A stretch of 60,325 nucleotides of DNA, from positions 1 through 60,325 of the forward strand of contig PMZT01000246.1 of assembly GCA_003170085.1 (NCBI GenBank). Reading direction: 5' to 3'. The notes under the pieces are model-generated. The model did no database searches and was not told where the DNA came from. It saw only the letters and a program-made list of their open reading frames with translations. Shown here piece after piece: positions 24,277 through 33,817 of the stretch. The first letter of the stretch is position 1. Each line of letters begins with the position of its first letter. Made by a program: the position numbers and the translations under genes. The DNA is from Planctomycetia bacterium. GTDB taxonomy: Bacteria; Planctomycetota; Phycisphaerae; FEN-1346.

Positions 24277-24945
24277 ATGCACATTGCACCGGGCTTCTTG
24301 TCACCGCCCGTTTGGGCGACGATGGCGGCGGTTTCGGGCGCCACGGTGGCGGCGTCTCTGGCCCTGGCCCGGCGGCGGGTGGGCGAGCGGCAGGTGCCGC
24401 TCATGGGCGTGATGGGCGCGTTCATCTTCGCGGCGCAGATGGTCAACTTTCCGGTCCTGCCCGGCACGAGCGGCCACCTGGGCGGGGGATTCCTGCTGGG
24501 GATTCTGCTGGGCGCGCCGGTTAGCGTCATCGTGATGGCGTCGATTCTGGCGGTGCAGGCGCTGGTGTTTCAGGACGGCGGCGTCGAGGCCCTGGGTGCC
24601 AACCTCTTCGTCATGGGCATCGTGCCCAGCCTGCTGGGGGCGGCGGTCCGGCGCCTCTGGCTGCGGCCGAAGCAGGGGATCGTAACGTATGCCGTCACTT
24701 TTTTCGGCGGCGCCGTGGCGGTGCTGCTCGGCGCGACGGGCGTGATCCTCATGTTGTTCCTTTCGCAGTCGCTTCCGGGCAGCGTCAGCCTGCTTCAGGC
24801 GATTACGGTGATGGATGTTATCCACATGGGCATTGGTGCGGTGGAGGGGGCCGTAACGGTTGCGGTCGTGAAGTTCGTTCTGGCCACGCGGCGCGAAGCC
24901 ATTCTGAGCCCGGCTGGCCCGGCTTGCGAGAAGGGGTCGGCATGA
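24277..24945 (+). CDS. cbiM: ECF transporter substrate-capture component CbiM/NikM
   Basis: The N-terminal MHIAPGFL (metal-binding Met-His N-terminus) and multiple TM helices are typical of CbiM/NikM. Confidence 0.85.
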   Translation: MHIAPGFLSPPVWATMAAVSGATVAASLALARRRVGERQVPLMGVMGAFIFAAQMVNFPVLPGTSGHLGGGFLLGILLGAPVSVIVMASILAVQALVFQDGGVEALGANLFVMGIVPSLLGAAVRRLWLRPKQGIVTYAVTFFGGAVAVLLGATGVILMLFLSQSLPGSVSLLQAITVMDVIHMGIGAVEGAVTVAVVKFVLATRREAILSPAGPACEKGSA

Positions 24946-25280
24946 GTCCTTACAATCGAAAGACCCTCCTCGTAGGGGTGGCTATCGCGGTAATCATTGG
25001 GGGCGGGGTCTCATACTTCGCCTCGCGCTCGCCCGACGGGCTCGAGAAGACGCAAGCGGACCTGGGCCTCACGCAACCGCCGCACGAAGGCGTGACGGCG
25101 CCGGCCGTCGTGTTCCACGAGTACGGCCTGAAGTGGCTGGGCGAAGGTTTCTGGTCCAACGCCATCGCCGGCGTGACGGGCGTCCTGCTGGTGCTCGGCC
25201 TCCTGCTGGGCCTTGGGCGGTGGATGAAGGCCGGCAAGTCCGGCCGCGACGCCGACGCCCCGGCCTCGCGCCAACCCTGA
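24942..25280 (+). CDS. PDGLE-domain small membrane protein (CbiN/NikN-like accessory component)
   Basis: ATGA overlap with cbiM. It carries a literal PDGLE motif (SRSPDGLEKT) flanked by two TM helices. Confidence 0.7.
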   Translation: MSPYNRKTLLVGVAIAVIIGGGVSYFASRSPDGLEKTQADLGLTQPPHEGVTAPAVVFHEYGLKWLGEGFWSNAIAGVTGVLLVLGLLLGLGRWMKAGKSGRDADAPASRQP

Positions 25281-25303
25281 ACGCGCTGCAGCGGAGATCG
25301 TTC

Positions 25304-26089
25304 GTGCACCACGAGATGCTCGACCATTTTGCCGCGGGGGTGTCGCCGATTCATCGCCTCGACCCGGCGGCGAAAACGGTGGCGGCGCTGGCCGTCATTC
25401 TGGCCACGGTCCTCGTCGGCCGCGACCACTTCCGGCCGCTGATTCCGCTGGCGGCGGCGCTCGTGATCTACCAGGCGATCGCCCGGGTTCCCGTGGGGTA
25501 CACGGCGCGGCACCTCCTGTTGCTCTCGCCGCTGGTACTGGGGATCGTCGGGCTTTTCCCGCTCCTGGAGCCGGGCCGGGCGCTGTGGGCGATACCGCTG
25601 GGGCCGTGGCGGATCGAGATCACGCAGGCGGGCCTTGTGCGCGGCGGACACCTGGCGGCCAAGTGCGTCCTGGCGTCGTGGGCGGCGTTCCTCCTGATGG
25701 CGACCACGCGGTTCCAAGACCTGCTGCAGGCGCTGGCGCGGCTGCGCGTGCCGCGGGTGCTCGTCATTCAGCTTGCGTTTATGTATCGTTATCTATGGAT
25801 TCTGGCGGATGAAGTGATGCGCCTGCGCATGGCCCGTGCCGCGCGCGACGGGGGCGGCGGGCCCTGGAAAATGCGGATGCGCAGCCGCGTCGATCTCGTG
25901 GGCGTCCTCTTCGTGCGGACGTACGACCGGGCCGAACGCGTGTACTGGGCCATGCTGGCCCGCGGGTTCGATGGCACGATGCCGGCTACCGCGACGGCCC
26001 CCGCGCGGCCCGTCGACTGGGCCTTCGCCGCCATGACCGTGGCGGCGGCGCTCCTCCTCATCAGTGCCGACAGGTGCCTTTATGGCTGA
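25304..26089 (+). CDS. cbiQ: ECF transporter transmembrane (T) component CbiQ
   Basis: SPIHRLDPAAK, and the conserved Arg-rich coupling helices LRVPRVLVIQLAFMYRYLWILADEVMRLRMARAAR. Start is uncertain (GTG 25304 or ATG 25316). Confidence 0.8.
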   Translation: MHHEMLDHFAAGVSPIHRLDPAAKTVAALAVILATVLVGRDHFRPLIPLAAALVIYQAIARVPVGYTARHLLLLSPLVLGIVGLFPLLEPGRALWAIPLGPWRIEITQAGLVRGGHLAAKCVLASWAAFLLMATTRFQDLLQALARLRVPRVLVIQLAFMYRYLWILADEVMRLRMARAARDGGGGPWKMRMRSRVDLVGVLFVRTYDRAERVYWAMLARGFDGTMPATATAPARPVDWAFAAMTVAAALLLISADRCLYG

Positions 26090-26834
26090 GCCGATTCTCG
26101 AGGTCGTCGACGTCCGGTACCGTTATCCGACGGGGACCGATGCGCTCTGCGGCGTCACGTTCAGCGTGGCGGCGGGCGAGCGTGTCGCCCTCGTGGGGCC
26201 GAACGGGGCGGGCAAGAGCACGCTGCTCCTGGCGATTGCCGGGTTCGTCCCCGCGACGGGCCGCATCCGCCTGGGCGGGCACACGCTGAACCGCGCCACG
26301 GTGCGCGACGTGCGGCGGCACCTGGGCCTCGTGTTCCAGGACCCCGACGATCAACTCTTCATGCCCCGCGTGGGCGAAGACGTGGCGTTCGGCCCGGCGA
26401 CGATGGGCCTTGCGCCCGAGGAAGTTCATGCGCGGGTGCACGAGGCCCTGGCGGCGGTCGAGCTTGAGGGCTACGAGACGCGCGCCCCGTATCATCTCTC
26501 GGTGGGCGAGAAGCGGCGGGCGGCGCTCGCCACGGTCCTTGCGATGCGGCCGCAGGTCCTCGCGCTCGACGAACCTTCCGCCAACCTCGACCCGCGCGGG
26601 CGGCGGCGGCTGATCGGCCTGCTGCGCGCCCTCTCGACCACGCTGCTCATCGTGGGCCACGACTTGGACCTCATCATGGACGTGTGCGACCGCACGATCC
26701 TGATGGACGCGGGCTGCGTGATCGCCGACGGCCCGACGAGCGCGATCCTGACCCATCGCGAGCTTCTGGAATCGCACGGGCTGGAGTTGCCGCTGGCCGT
26801 CGCTGCGCGTCAGACGCCGGAAAGCCCGCGGTAA
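26082..26834 (+). CDS. cbiO: ECF transporter ATPase CbiO
   Basis: Walker A GPNGAGKST, Q-loop, ABC signature LSVGEKRR, and Walker B VLALDEP. It overlaps cbiQ by 8 nt. Confidence 0.85.
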   Translation: MAEPILEVVDVRYRYPTGTDALCGVTFSVAAGERVALVGPNGAGKSTLLLAIAGFVPATGRIRLGGHTLNRATVRDVRRHLGLVFQDPDDQLFMPRVGEDVAFGPATMGLAPEEVHARVHEALAAVELEGYETRAPYHLSVGEKRRAALATVLAMRPQVLALDEPSANLDPRGRRRLIGLLRALSTTLLIVGHDLDLIMDVCDRTILMDAGCVIADGPTSAILTHRELLESHGLELPLAVAARQTPESPR

Positions 26835-26857
26835 GGGTTTCCACTTGGACAAAAGGC

Positions 26858-26946
26858 GTGGGTGGCACGGCCTCGCGCCTTTGCGTGGCCGTGCTTTGTT
26901 CGACTGAAAGCACGGCCACCCAACATCGGGAGGCCGTGCCACCCAC
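26858..26946. repeat. nested palindromic element (17-bp outer stem enclosing a 13-bp inner hairpin)
   Basis: Outer arms gtgggtggcacggcctc (26858-26874) and gaggccgtgccacccac (26930-26946). Inner arms gtggccgtgcttt (26885-26897) and aaagcacggccac (26907-26919). It lies 24 nt after the cbiO stop. Confidence 0.8.
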
Positions 26947-27036
26947 CGGTGGCGTTCTTGATGGCGGCGTTTTTGATTGCGGGTCGCGCGGCTTCCGTTT
27001 ACCCTTTCGCCGCGGAATTCGCAGGGGAGACGAGCG

Positions 27037-27711
27037 TTGGATCCATTGACGCGGGCACTGGTGGAGTCGGCCGTCGCGGTCTTTCAGCCGCCGGGGCCGG
27101 TCCTCGAGATCGGGGCGCTCCAGGTCCAGGGGGAGGCGGTGGGCGACCTCCGCCCGCTTTTCCCCGGCAAAGAGTACGTGGGCTGCGACATGATGCCGGG
27201 GCCGGGCGTCGATCGCGTTGAGAAACTGGAAGCCCTGACGTTGGCCGACGGGTGGGCCGGCACCGTCCTGTGCCTGAACGTGTTCGAGCACGCCTGGGAC
27301 TTCCGCCGCGGCGCGGAGGAAATCCTGCGCGTGACGGCACCGGCGGGCCTGGCGCTCGTGACCACGGTCTTTGAGTTTCACGTCCACGCGTATCCGGACG
27401 ATTACTGGCGGTTCACGCCGCGCGCCATGGAACGGCTCATGAGCGGTTTCGGGAGTGTCCTTTACGGTTTCCAGGGGCATCCGAAGACGCCGCGGCTGGT
27501 CTTTGCGCTGGGTCTGAAGATGCCGCGCCCGGACCTTCCTCAACTGGCCGAGACGTGGAAGCGCGAGGTGCTGGTGCGCTGGACCGAGCAGCCGCCGCTG
27601 GGCGCCCGCGTGCGTGCCGCCATCGGCGGGGCGCTCTTTGGCCGTCGCGGCTTCCGCACGATTCGGCACTGGCGCGACCTCGAGATCGCCGTCGGCGGCG
27701 AGGGGCGGTAG
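27037..27711 (+). CDS. class I SAM-dependent methyltransferase (Methyltransf_11-like)
   Basis: Motif I VLEIGALQ, then EYVGCDM and GTVLCLNVFEHAWD. The ORF opens at TTG 26977; I prefer TTG 27037, which is preceded by GGGGAG. Confidence 0.55.
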   Translation: MDPLTRALVESAVAVFQPPGPVLEIGALQVQGEAVGDLRPLFPGKEYVGCDMMPGPGVDRVEKLEALTLADGWAGTVLCLNVFEHAWDFRRGAEEILRVTAPAGLALVTTVFEFHVHAYPDDYWRFTPRAMERLMSGFGSVLYGFQGHPKTPRLVFALGLKMPRPDLPQLAETWKREVLVRWTEQPPLGARVRAAIGGALFGRRGFRTIRHWRDLEIAVGGEGR

Positions 27712-27991
27712 AGCACGCCGCTGTTCCCGCTCACCTGAGTCTCAATCACCAGGGCACGCATGGAACCTTTTCTCCCGCGGCGCATCCAAGAAGAGGGTTG
27801 ATACCGGATTCCTGCATTATAACCCGGTGCAGGAACGTCTAACAGGGTAGCGAGGCTGGACGCCGTGGGGGGGTCTGCGCAGTGTGGTTCCGTTCAGGAA
27901 CCGTCCCCTGTTGTACTCTGCTGGTCGTATAGTATGATGGGATAGTGGCCGCGGGCGGGGCACGGTGTACCCGCATCGGCGGAGGTATCGC

Positions 27992-29125
27992 ATGAGATAC
28001 TTCGCGATAGGCGTCTTGGCGATCTTGGCGACGGCCATTCAGCCGGCCCTTGCCGCCGATCCGTTTGTCTGGGGCGGAAACGATCCGTCCAAGGCGCCTG
28101 CGGCGCCGTCCGCACCGACTTCGCCAACTGCTCCGACCGCCCCGGCCACGCCAGCCACAACGCCTGCTCCGGCCGTGCCGAATTCGCCGGCACCGGCGAC
28201 CACGCCAGGCACGGCGGCAACGCCCGCGCCGATCATTCCTCCGGTGGCTCCCGGCGATGAGCGAGGCAAGGTGGCCGAGATCGAAAGTCAACTGGCCGCA
28301 GGCAAGACCGATGAGGCGCTGGAGGGGGCGCGGATCCTGGCCCGCTCGGCCCGCGACGAGGGCACAAAAATCGAGGCGGCGCGCCTCGTGGCCGATGCGC
28401 TTCGGAAGAAAAGCGAGTGGAAGCAGGCCCGGCTGTCGTACACGCAGGCCCGCGATCGGTGTGAGAAGGGGAGCGATAACTACATCAAGTACGATGCCCT
28501 GGTCGAGATGCTGGCGGTCTCGCCCGCCGGCGTCTATCCGCCACTCACGGCGAAGCCGGCCGGCGGCGATGCGGCCGGCAAGACGCTGGCCGATGACGAG
28601 TACCTGGGCGCCGCCCTTGCACGTCTGGCCGAGACGCGCATCGAGAAGATCAAGTTGAAGTTGGCGGCGGTGAAGCGCGCCCGGTCGCCGCAGGAAGCCG
28701 TGGCGGTGCTTACGGCCATGATCGAGGACCTGAGGCAAGCCCGCGCGGTCTCGGCCGCGGCCGCGGTTGAGACCGAACGGGCCGTGGCAGCGGCCGTGGC
28801 GCAGCGGCTGGTGGAACTCGGCAGGCAGGTCAACACCACGCTGACCACGAAGGAGACCGAGTTCAGGCAGGCGATCGCGGGAAACCGTCTGACCCAGAAT
28901 CAGCGGACGGAGATGGAGAAGTACCAGAGCCTCTGCAACGAACTGGCCCAGGCCGAGGGCACGTTCCAGGCCGGCGTCGACAAACTGGCCGGCTGCAAGT
29001 CCTGGACCGAGACCGAGCGCCTGAAGAACGACAGCACGACGCGCCAGGGCGGGTATACGCGGCTGGCGTCGGTGTTCGCCCCGCCGTCGCTCAGCGATCG
29101 TAACGGCCGGACGACGTGGTGGTAA
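27992..29125 (+). CDS. secreted hypothetical protein (Pro/Ala/Thr-rich linker plus helical domain), paralogue A
   Basis: GGAGG RBS and signal peptide MRYFAIGVLAILATAIQPALA. It is clearly similar to 29224-30327. No family recognised. Confidence 0.6.
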   Translation: MRYFAIGVLAILATAIQPALAADPFVWGGNDPSKAPAAPSAPTSPTAPTAPATPATTPAPAVPNSPAPATTPGTAATPAPIIPPVAPGDERGKVAEIESQLAAGKTDEALEGARILARSARDEGTKIEAARLVADALRKKSEWKQARLSYTQARDRCEKGSDNYIKYDALVEMLAVSPAGVYPPLTAKPAGGDAAGKTLADDEYLGAALARLAETRIEKIKLKLAAVKRARSPQEAVAVLTAMIEDLRQARAVSAAAAVETERAVAAAVAQRLVELGRQVNTTLTTKETEFRQAIAGNRLTQNQRTEMEKYQSLCNELAQAEGTFQAGVDKLAGCKSWTETERLKNDSTTRQGGYTRLASVFAPPSLSDRNGRTTWW

Positions 29126-29223
29126 GAGCTTTCCGGTGACAACGCCGGCGGAATTGGCTATTGATTTTCAATGTCCACATCATGTAGCATGACGAAACGA
29201 TCAAACAATTTGGGGGAGGTCCC

Positions 29224-30327
29224 ATGAAAATCACCCTGACAGTCACCGTTGTTCTCGCTCTGGCGATGGCGGCGCAGGCCGCCATCATGCCGACCAAGAA
29301 GGATGCCGCCACGCCCGCCACGGCCACGACGCCGGCCAAGGGGATGGACGCGTCGACCGGGGGCGTCACCGTCACCCCGAACAAGGGGGCGGATGCGCCC
29401 ACCGGGGGCGTGACGATCACGCCGCGAAACGCCACCGCCGGCGCGGACACGATGAACGCCGAGGACCAGGCCAAGGTGGCCGAGCTTGAGGCGCATCTCG
29501 TCGCGGGCGAGTTCGACAAGGTCATCGAAGGCGCCAAGATCCTGCTGGCTAATACTCAGGGTGAGGCCGCCAAGAACGCGGCGATGCGCCTGACGGCCGA
29601 CGCCTTCCGCAAGAAGTCCGACTGGCGCCAGACGTTGGCCGCGTACCAGAAACTGCGCGAGCGGTACAAAGACGGGAGCGACGACTGGGTCCGGACGGAC
29701 GCCATCGTCGAGATTTTCAAGGCCTCGCCCACCGGCGTCTACCAGCCGGCCGGGGCGCCGGTCCCCAAGGCGGCCGCGGGCGATCCGCCGCGCACGCTGG
29801 CCGACGATGCGGCGCTCGAAGAGGCCCTCGCCCGCCTGGCCGGGTTTCGCGCGAAGGGCCTGAAGAGCCGTGTCACGACGGTTCGGCGCGGCCGGTCGCC
29901 GCAGGAAGTCGCGGTCGCGTTCAAGCCGCTGGCCGAAACCGCCCGCCAACTCTTCGTGATTTCGAAAGACGCGCCGGCCGATAGCGCCCATGAGGTGGCT
30001 GCCGCCGCCGGGGGCCGCCTCAAGGAACTCGGCGACCCGATGATCGCGCAGCTTCAGACGAAGCGCGAGCGGTTGGCGCCGAAAATCGAGGCCCCGTGGA
30101 ACCTGACCAACCAGGATAAGGCCGACATGAACGCCACCGTCGCGGTCTGCAAGGAAATGGGCGCGGCCGAGGCGAGCTACCAGGCGTCGCTCATGCTCAT
30201 GGGCAACTGGCCCGACGGCGCCGACCTGCGCACCCAAAGCAGCGTGCGCCAGGCGGCGTATGAGCAGATGGCTGTCAAGTTGAAGCCGCCGGACTACCGC
30301 GGCTTCGGCTACGGCTACGGATATTGA
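29224..30327 (+). CDS. secreted hypothetical protein, paralogue B
   Basis: GGGGGAGG RBS and signal peptide MKITLTVTVVLALAMAAQA. AELEAHLVAGEFDKVIEGAKIL...FRKKSDWRQ...SPTGVYQP parallels AEIESQLAAGKTDEALEGARIL...LRKKSEWKQ...SPAGVYPP in paralogue A. Confidence 0.6.
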   Translation: MKITLTVTVVLALAMAAQAAIMPTKKDAATPATATTPAKGMDASTGGVTVTPNKGADAPTGGVTITPRNATAGADTMNAEDQAKVAELEAHLVAGEFDKVIEGAKILLANTQGEAAKNAAMRLTADAFRKKSDWRQTLAAYQKLRERYKDGSDDWVRTDAIVEIFKASPTGVYQPAGAPVPKAAAGDPPRTLADDAALEEALARLAGFRAKGLKSRVTTVRRGRSPQEVAVAFKPLAETARQLFVISKDAPADSAHEVAAAAGGRLKELGDPMIAQLQTKRERLAPKIEAPWNLTNQDKADMNATVAVCKEMGAAEASYQASLMLMGNWPDGADLRTQSSVRQAAYEQMAVKLKPPDYRGFGYGYGY

Positions 30328-30332
30328 TCGCT

Positions 30333-31118
30333 TTAGATTGTCATTGCCAGGAATCCGCCGTCGACGCGAATGAACGCGCCGGTGACGAAGCTTGATGCCT
30401 TCTCGCTGGCCAGCCAGAGCACCGCGCCCAACAGTTCGTGCGATTCGCCGTAGCGCTTCATGGGCGTGTGGGCCATGATCTGGGCCGTGCGCTCGGGCGT
30501 GAGGAGCTTGCGGTTCTGTTCGGCCGGGAAGAAGCCGGGGATCAGGGCGTTGACGCGGACGCCGTCGCCGGCCCATTCGCGGGCCAGGAACTGCGTGATC
30601 TGGTTCACGCCGCCCTTGGCCACGCCATACGTGAAGACCTTCGACAGCGGCGGGCCGCTCGACGCGCTCGAGATATTGATAATACTGCCTGACTTGCGAG
30701 CGACCATGCCCTTGCCGAAAACCTGGCACGCCAGGAACACGCCCTTCAGGTCCACGGCGATGAGCTTTTCCCACTCGGCGTCGGTGATCTCGAAGAACGG
30801 CGTGCCGGAGTTAAGGCCGGGGGCGTTGATCAGGATGTCGGTGCCGCCCCACGTCTTGTCCATGGCGGCGGAGGCGTCCTCGATGTCCTTGCGGCGGGTG
30901 CAATCGGCCGCGATGGCGATCGCCGTGCCGCCGGCCTTCGCGATCTCGTCGGCCCGGGCCTGGGCCGCCTGCGGGTTGAGATCGATGATGCCGACCTTGG
31001 CCCCCGCGCGGGCCAGGGCGATCGACATCGCCCCCGCCAGTACGCCCCCGCCGCCGATGACCGCGGCACGCTTGCCGTCGAGGTTGAACAGGTCCAGCAG
31101 ATATGCCGAGTCCGTCAT
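30333..31118 (-). CDS. SDR-family oxidoreductase
   Basis: Rossmann motif AAVIGGGGVLAG, NAPG, catalytic S...YGVAKGG (YxxxK), and C-terminal VDGGF. Start at ATG 31118, preceded by GGAG. Confidence 0.85.
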   Translation of the reverse strand: MTDSAYLLDLFNLDGKRAAVIGGGGVLAGAMSIALARAGAKVGIIDLNPQAAQARADEIAKAGGTAIAIAADCTRRKDIEDASAAMDKTWGGTDILINAPGLNSGTPFFEITDAEWEKLIAVDLKGVFLACQVFGKGMVARKSGSIINISSASSGPPLSKVFTYGVAKGGVNQITQFLAREWAGDGVRVNALIPGFFPAEQNRKLLTPERTAQIMAHTPMKRYGESHELLGAVLWLASEKASSFVTGAFIRVDGGFLAMTI

Positions 31119-31275
31119 GGGTAAAGCTCCTTCCGAGGTTCGAGGCTGCCGTACGCCGGCTATAATACCCGCGCGGCCTCGTGCTGCAAAGGGCCAAAAC
31201 CCTTGCATCCTGGCCTTCTGCTGGTAGCATACGCAACGCGATTTCAGGACCCGCGAACAAGCAAGGAGGCATGAA

Positions 31276-32169
31276 GTGTCAGCACTCGATCCGCATGAGA
31301 AACTGAAGGCCTTTCAGCCCACGTGTCGGTACTTCGTCGGCATCGATTCCGACGGCTGCGCGTTCGACACGATGGAGCCCAAGCACAAGGAATGCTTCTG
31401 CCCGGTCACGGTGTGGAAGTGGGAGCTGGCATCGGTTTCGAAGTATGCCCGCGACGCGTGGGACTTCGTGAACCTTTACTCCAAGCAGCGCGGGTGCAAC
31501 CGCTTCCACGCCCTGGAGTACGTGATGGACCACCTGCGCGAGCGGTCCGAGGTCGTCCGCCGCGCGATCGACATCCCGATGCTGACGGAGCTGCGGGCGT
31601 GGACCGGCCGCGCGAAGGCCCTCGGTAACCCCGAACTCGAGGCCGAGGTCAAGCGCACGGGCAACGAGGAACTGGCCCGCGTGCTCGACTGGTCGAAGAC
31701 GATCAACGAGATGGTGGCGAAGATCGTGAAGAAGGTGCCGCCGTTCCCCGGCGTCCGCGAGAGCCTCGAGCTCCTGTCGGGCAAGGCCGACCTGATGGTC
31801 GTGAGCGCGACGCCCGGCGAGGCCCTCCAGCGCGAGTGGCAGGAGCACGGCATCGCCAAACACATGGCCATCATTGCGGGCCAGGAGATGGGTACGAAGA
31901 AGGACCACTTGGCCCTGGGCGCCGGCGGCAAGTACCCGGCCGAGCGGATTCTCATGATCGGCGACGCCCCCGGCGACATGAAGGCCGCCCAGGCCAACAA
32001 GGCCATGTTCTACCCGATCAACCCCGGCCACGAGGAGGAATGCTGGGACCGCTTCATCAAGGAGGCCGGCCCGAAGTTCCTGGCTGGCGAATATACCCGC
32101 GAGTACGAAGCCCGGCTCATTGCCGAGTTCGACAAGATTCTGCCCAGCGTTCCGCCGTGGAAGCATTAG
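31276..32169 (+). CDS. HAD-superfamily hydrolase
   Basis: Motif I FVGIDSDGCAFDT (DxD), VVSATP, and motif IV MIGDAPGD. GTG start. Confidence 0.7.
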   Translation: MSALDPHEKLKAFQPTCRYFVGIDSDGCAFDTMEPKHKECFCPVTVWKWELASVSKYARDAWDFVNLYSKQRGCNRFHALEYVMDHLRERSEVVRRAIDIPMLTELRAWTGRAKALGNPELEAEVKRTGNEELARVLDWSKTINEMVAKIVKKVPPFPGVRESLELLSGKADLMVVSATPGEALQREWQEHGIAKHMAIIAGQEMGTKKDHLALGAGGKYPAERILMIGDAPGDMKAAQANKAMFYPINPGHEEECWDRFIKEAGPKFLAGEYTREYEARLIAEFDKILPSVPPWKH

Positions 32170-32268
32170 AGGCGAGGGACGAAGGGACAGAGGGGAAAGA
32201 GCACAAAGGTGCTGGGGGAAGGCGGGGCGGCCAGCACGGATTCCGGCTATCAGATAAGGAGTTCGCCT

Positions 32269-33732
32269 ATGAAGCGCCTCAGCACGTTCATGCTGGTTGT
32301 CGCAATCGTAGCGCTCTCCGCCTGCACGCCGGTATGGGCCGCGGCGGCGGCACCGGAGGACGCGAAGGAACTCGTCCGAAACCCAACGTTTGCCGCCGAA
32401 GGGCAGGGCGGCTTGCCGGCCGAGTGGGCCGTATGGAAACCCCTGTGGGAGAACGCTGCTGTTGCGTTCCGCCGCACGGATTCCGGTCTGTGCGCGGGGG
32501 CGCAGGAACCATACGCTGTCGGTGGCGTGTGGCAGGATCTTGCGGGCATCAAGGCCGGCCAGGCGTACGCCGTCAAGGCGGAGTGTGAGTTGACCGGCGT
32601 GAAGCGGCCGGCCGGCGCCGTCCTCGTGCGAATGATGTGGATGAAGGGCAAGCAGCAGGCCCACCCCGCCGGTATGCTCGTGCGACTGAAGGCGAGCGAC
32701 GACGCGAAGTTGCAGCGTATCGTTTTCGAGGACTGCCTCATCGCCCCGCCCGAGGCCGGCGGTGCCCGGCTGTCGCTCGAGGTCAAGTGGCCCGAGGGCG
32801 GCACGGTTCTTTGGAAGCGTGTAAGCGTGCAGCCGTGCGATCCTCCGCCGCCGCGCAAGGTCAAGATCGGCACGGTGTACCTGCGGCCCAAGAACAGCAC
32901 GCCCGAGAAGAACCTCGATCTCTGGACGGCGAAGATCGACGAGGCGGGCAAGCTTGGCCTCGACATCGTCTGCCTGGGCGAGACGATCATGGCGGTCGGC
33001 ACGCAGAAGAACGCGGCCGACGTGGCCGAGGCGATTCCGGGGCCTACCACCGAACGCCTTGGCGCCGCCGCCCGCAAAAATCACCTATGGGTCGTCGCGG
33101 GCCTGATGGAACGCGTGGGCGACCGGCTTTACAACACCGCCGTTCTCCTCGACCGCGACGGCCGCCTCGCGGGCAAGTACCGCAAGGTGCACCTGCCGCG
33201 CGAGGAGTGGCAGAAGGGCATCACGCCGGGCGACACGTACCCGGTCTTCAAGACCGATTTCGGGACGATCGGCATCCAGATATGTTACGACTGGTTCTTC
33301 CCGGAGGCGGCGGAGATCTTCGCGCTCCACGGCGCCGAGATTCTTCTGGCGCCCACGTGGGGCGACACGCAGCCCGACGCCGAAGGCCGCGCCCAGGGCG
33401 AAACGGTCTTCCGCACCCGCGCCCGCGACAACGGCCTGTACTTGGTGCCATGCGTGTACGACGGGCACAGCATGGTGATTGATCCGATGGGCCGCATCCT
33501 GGCGTCGAATGCCGGCTTGCCCGCCATAGCCGCCTCCTCCGCCGGAGCAGCCTCGGCTGCGGCGGCTGGATTGGCGGCGGCTGGCGCCGAGGGCGTCTTC
33601 TGGGCCGAGGTGGACCTCAGCAAGAGAGAATGCTTGCCGTGGGTCGGCGAGTGGCGTCAGGTCGGCTGGCGCGACCGCATGCCGGGCACGTATGCGCCGC
33701 TGCTGTCCGATCCGTCGCGGCAAGGGCCGTGA
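32269..33732 (+). CDS. secreted carbon-nitrogen hydrolase (nitrilase superfamily) with an N-terminal beta-sandwich-like domain
   Basis: AAGGAG RBS plus signal peptide. Catalytic E-K-C context: VCLGE, YRKVHLP and IGIQICYDWFFPE. There is an Ala/Gly-rich insertion near the C-terminus. Confidence 0.75.
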   Translation: MKRLSTFMLVVAIVALSACTPVWAAAAAPEDAKELVRNPTFAAEGQGGLPAEWAVWKPLWENAAVAFRRTDSGLCAGAQEPYAVGGVWQDLAGIKAGQAYAVKAECELTGVKRPAGAVLVRMMWMKGKQQAHPAGMLVRLKASDDAKLQRIVFEDCLIAPPEAGGARLSLEVKWPEGGTVLWKRVSVQPCDPPPPRKVKIGTVYLRPKNSTPEKNLDLWTAKIDEAGKLGLDIVCLGETIMAVGTQKNAADVAEAIPGPTTERLGAAARKNHLWVVAGLMERVGDRLYNTAVLLDRDGRLAGKYRKVHLPREEWQKGITPGDTYPVFKTDFGTIGIQICYDWFFPEAAEIFALHGAEILLAPTWGDTQPDAEGRAQGETVFRTRARDNGLYLVPCVYDGHSMVIDPMGRILASNAGLPAIAASSAGAASAAAAGLAAAGAEGVFWAEVDLSKRECLPWVGEWRQVGWRDRMPGTYAPLLSDPSRQGP

Positions 33733-33817
33733 GCACTGATCGACTTGGGTGCGAGTGATCTCCATCGCGCAAGGCAGGTTTACCCCGGATTCGAGCAACC
33801 TGCAAGGAGTTGATCCC

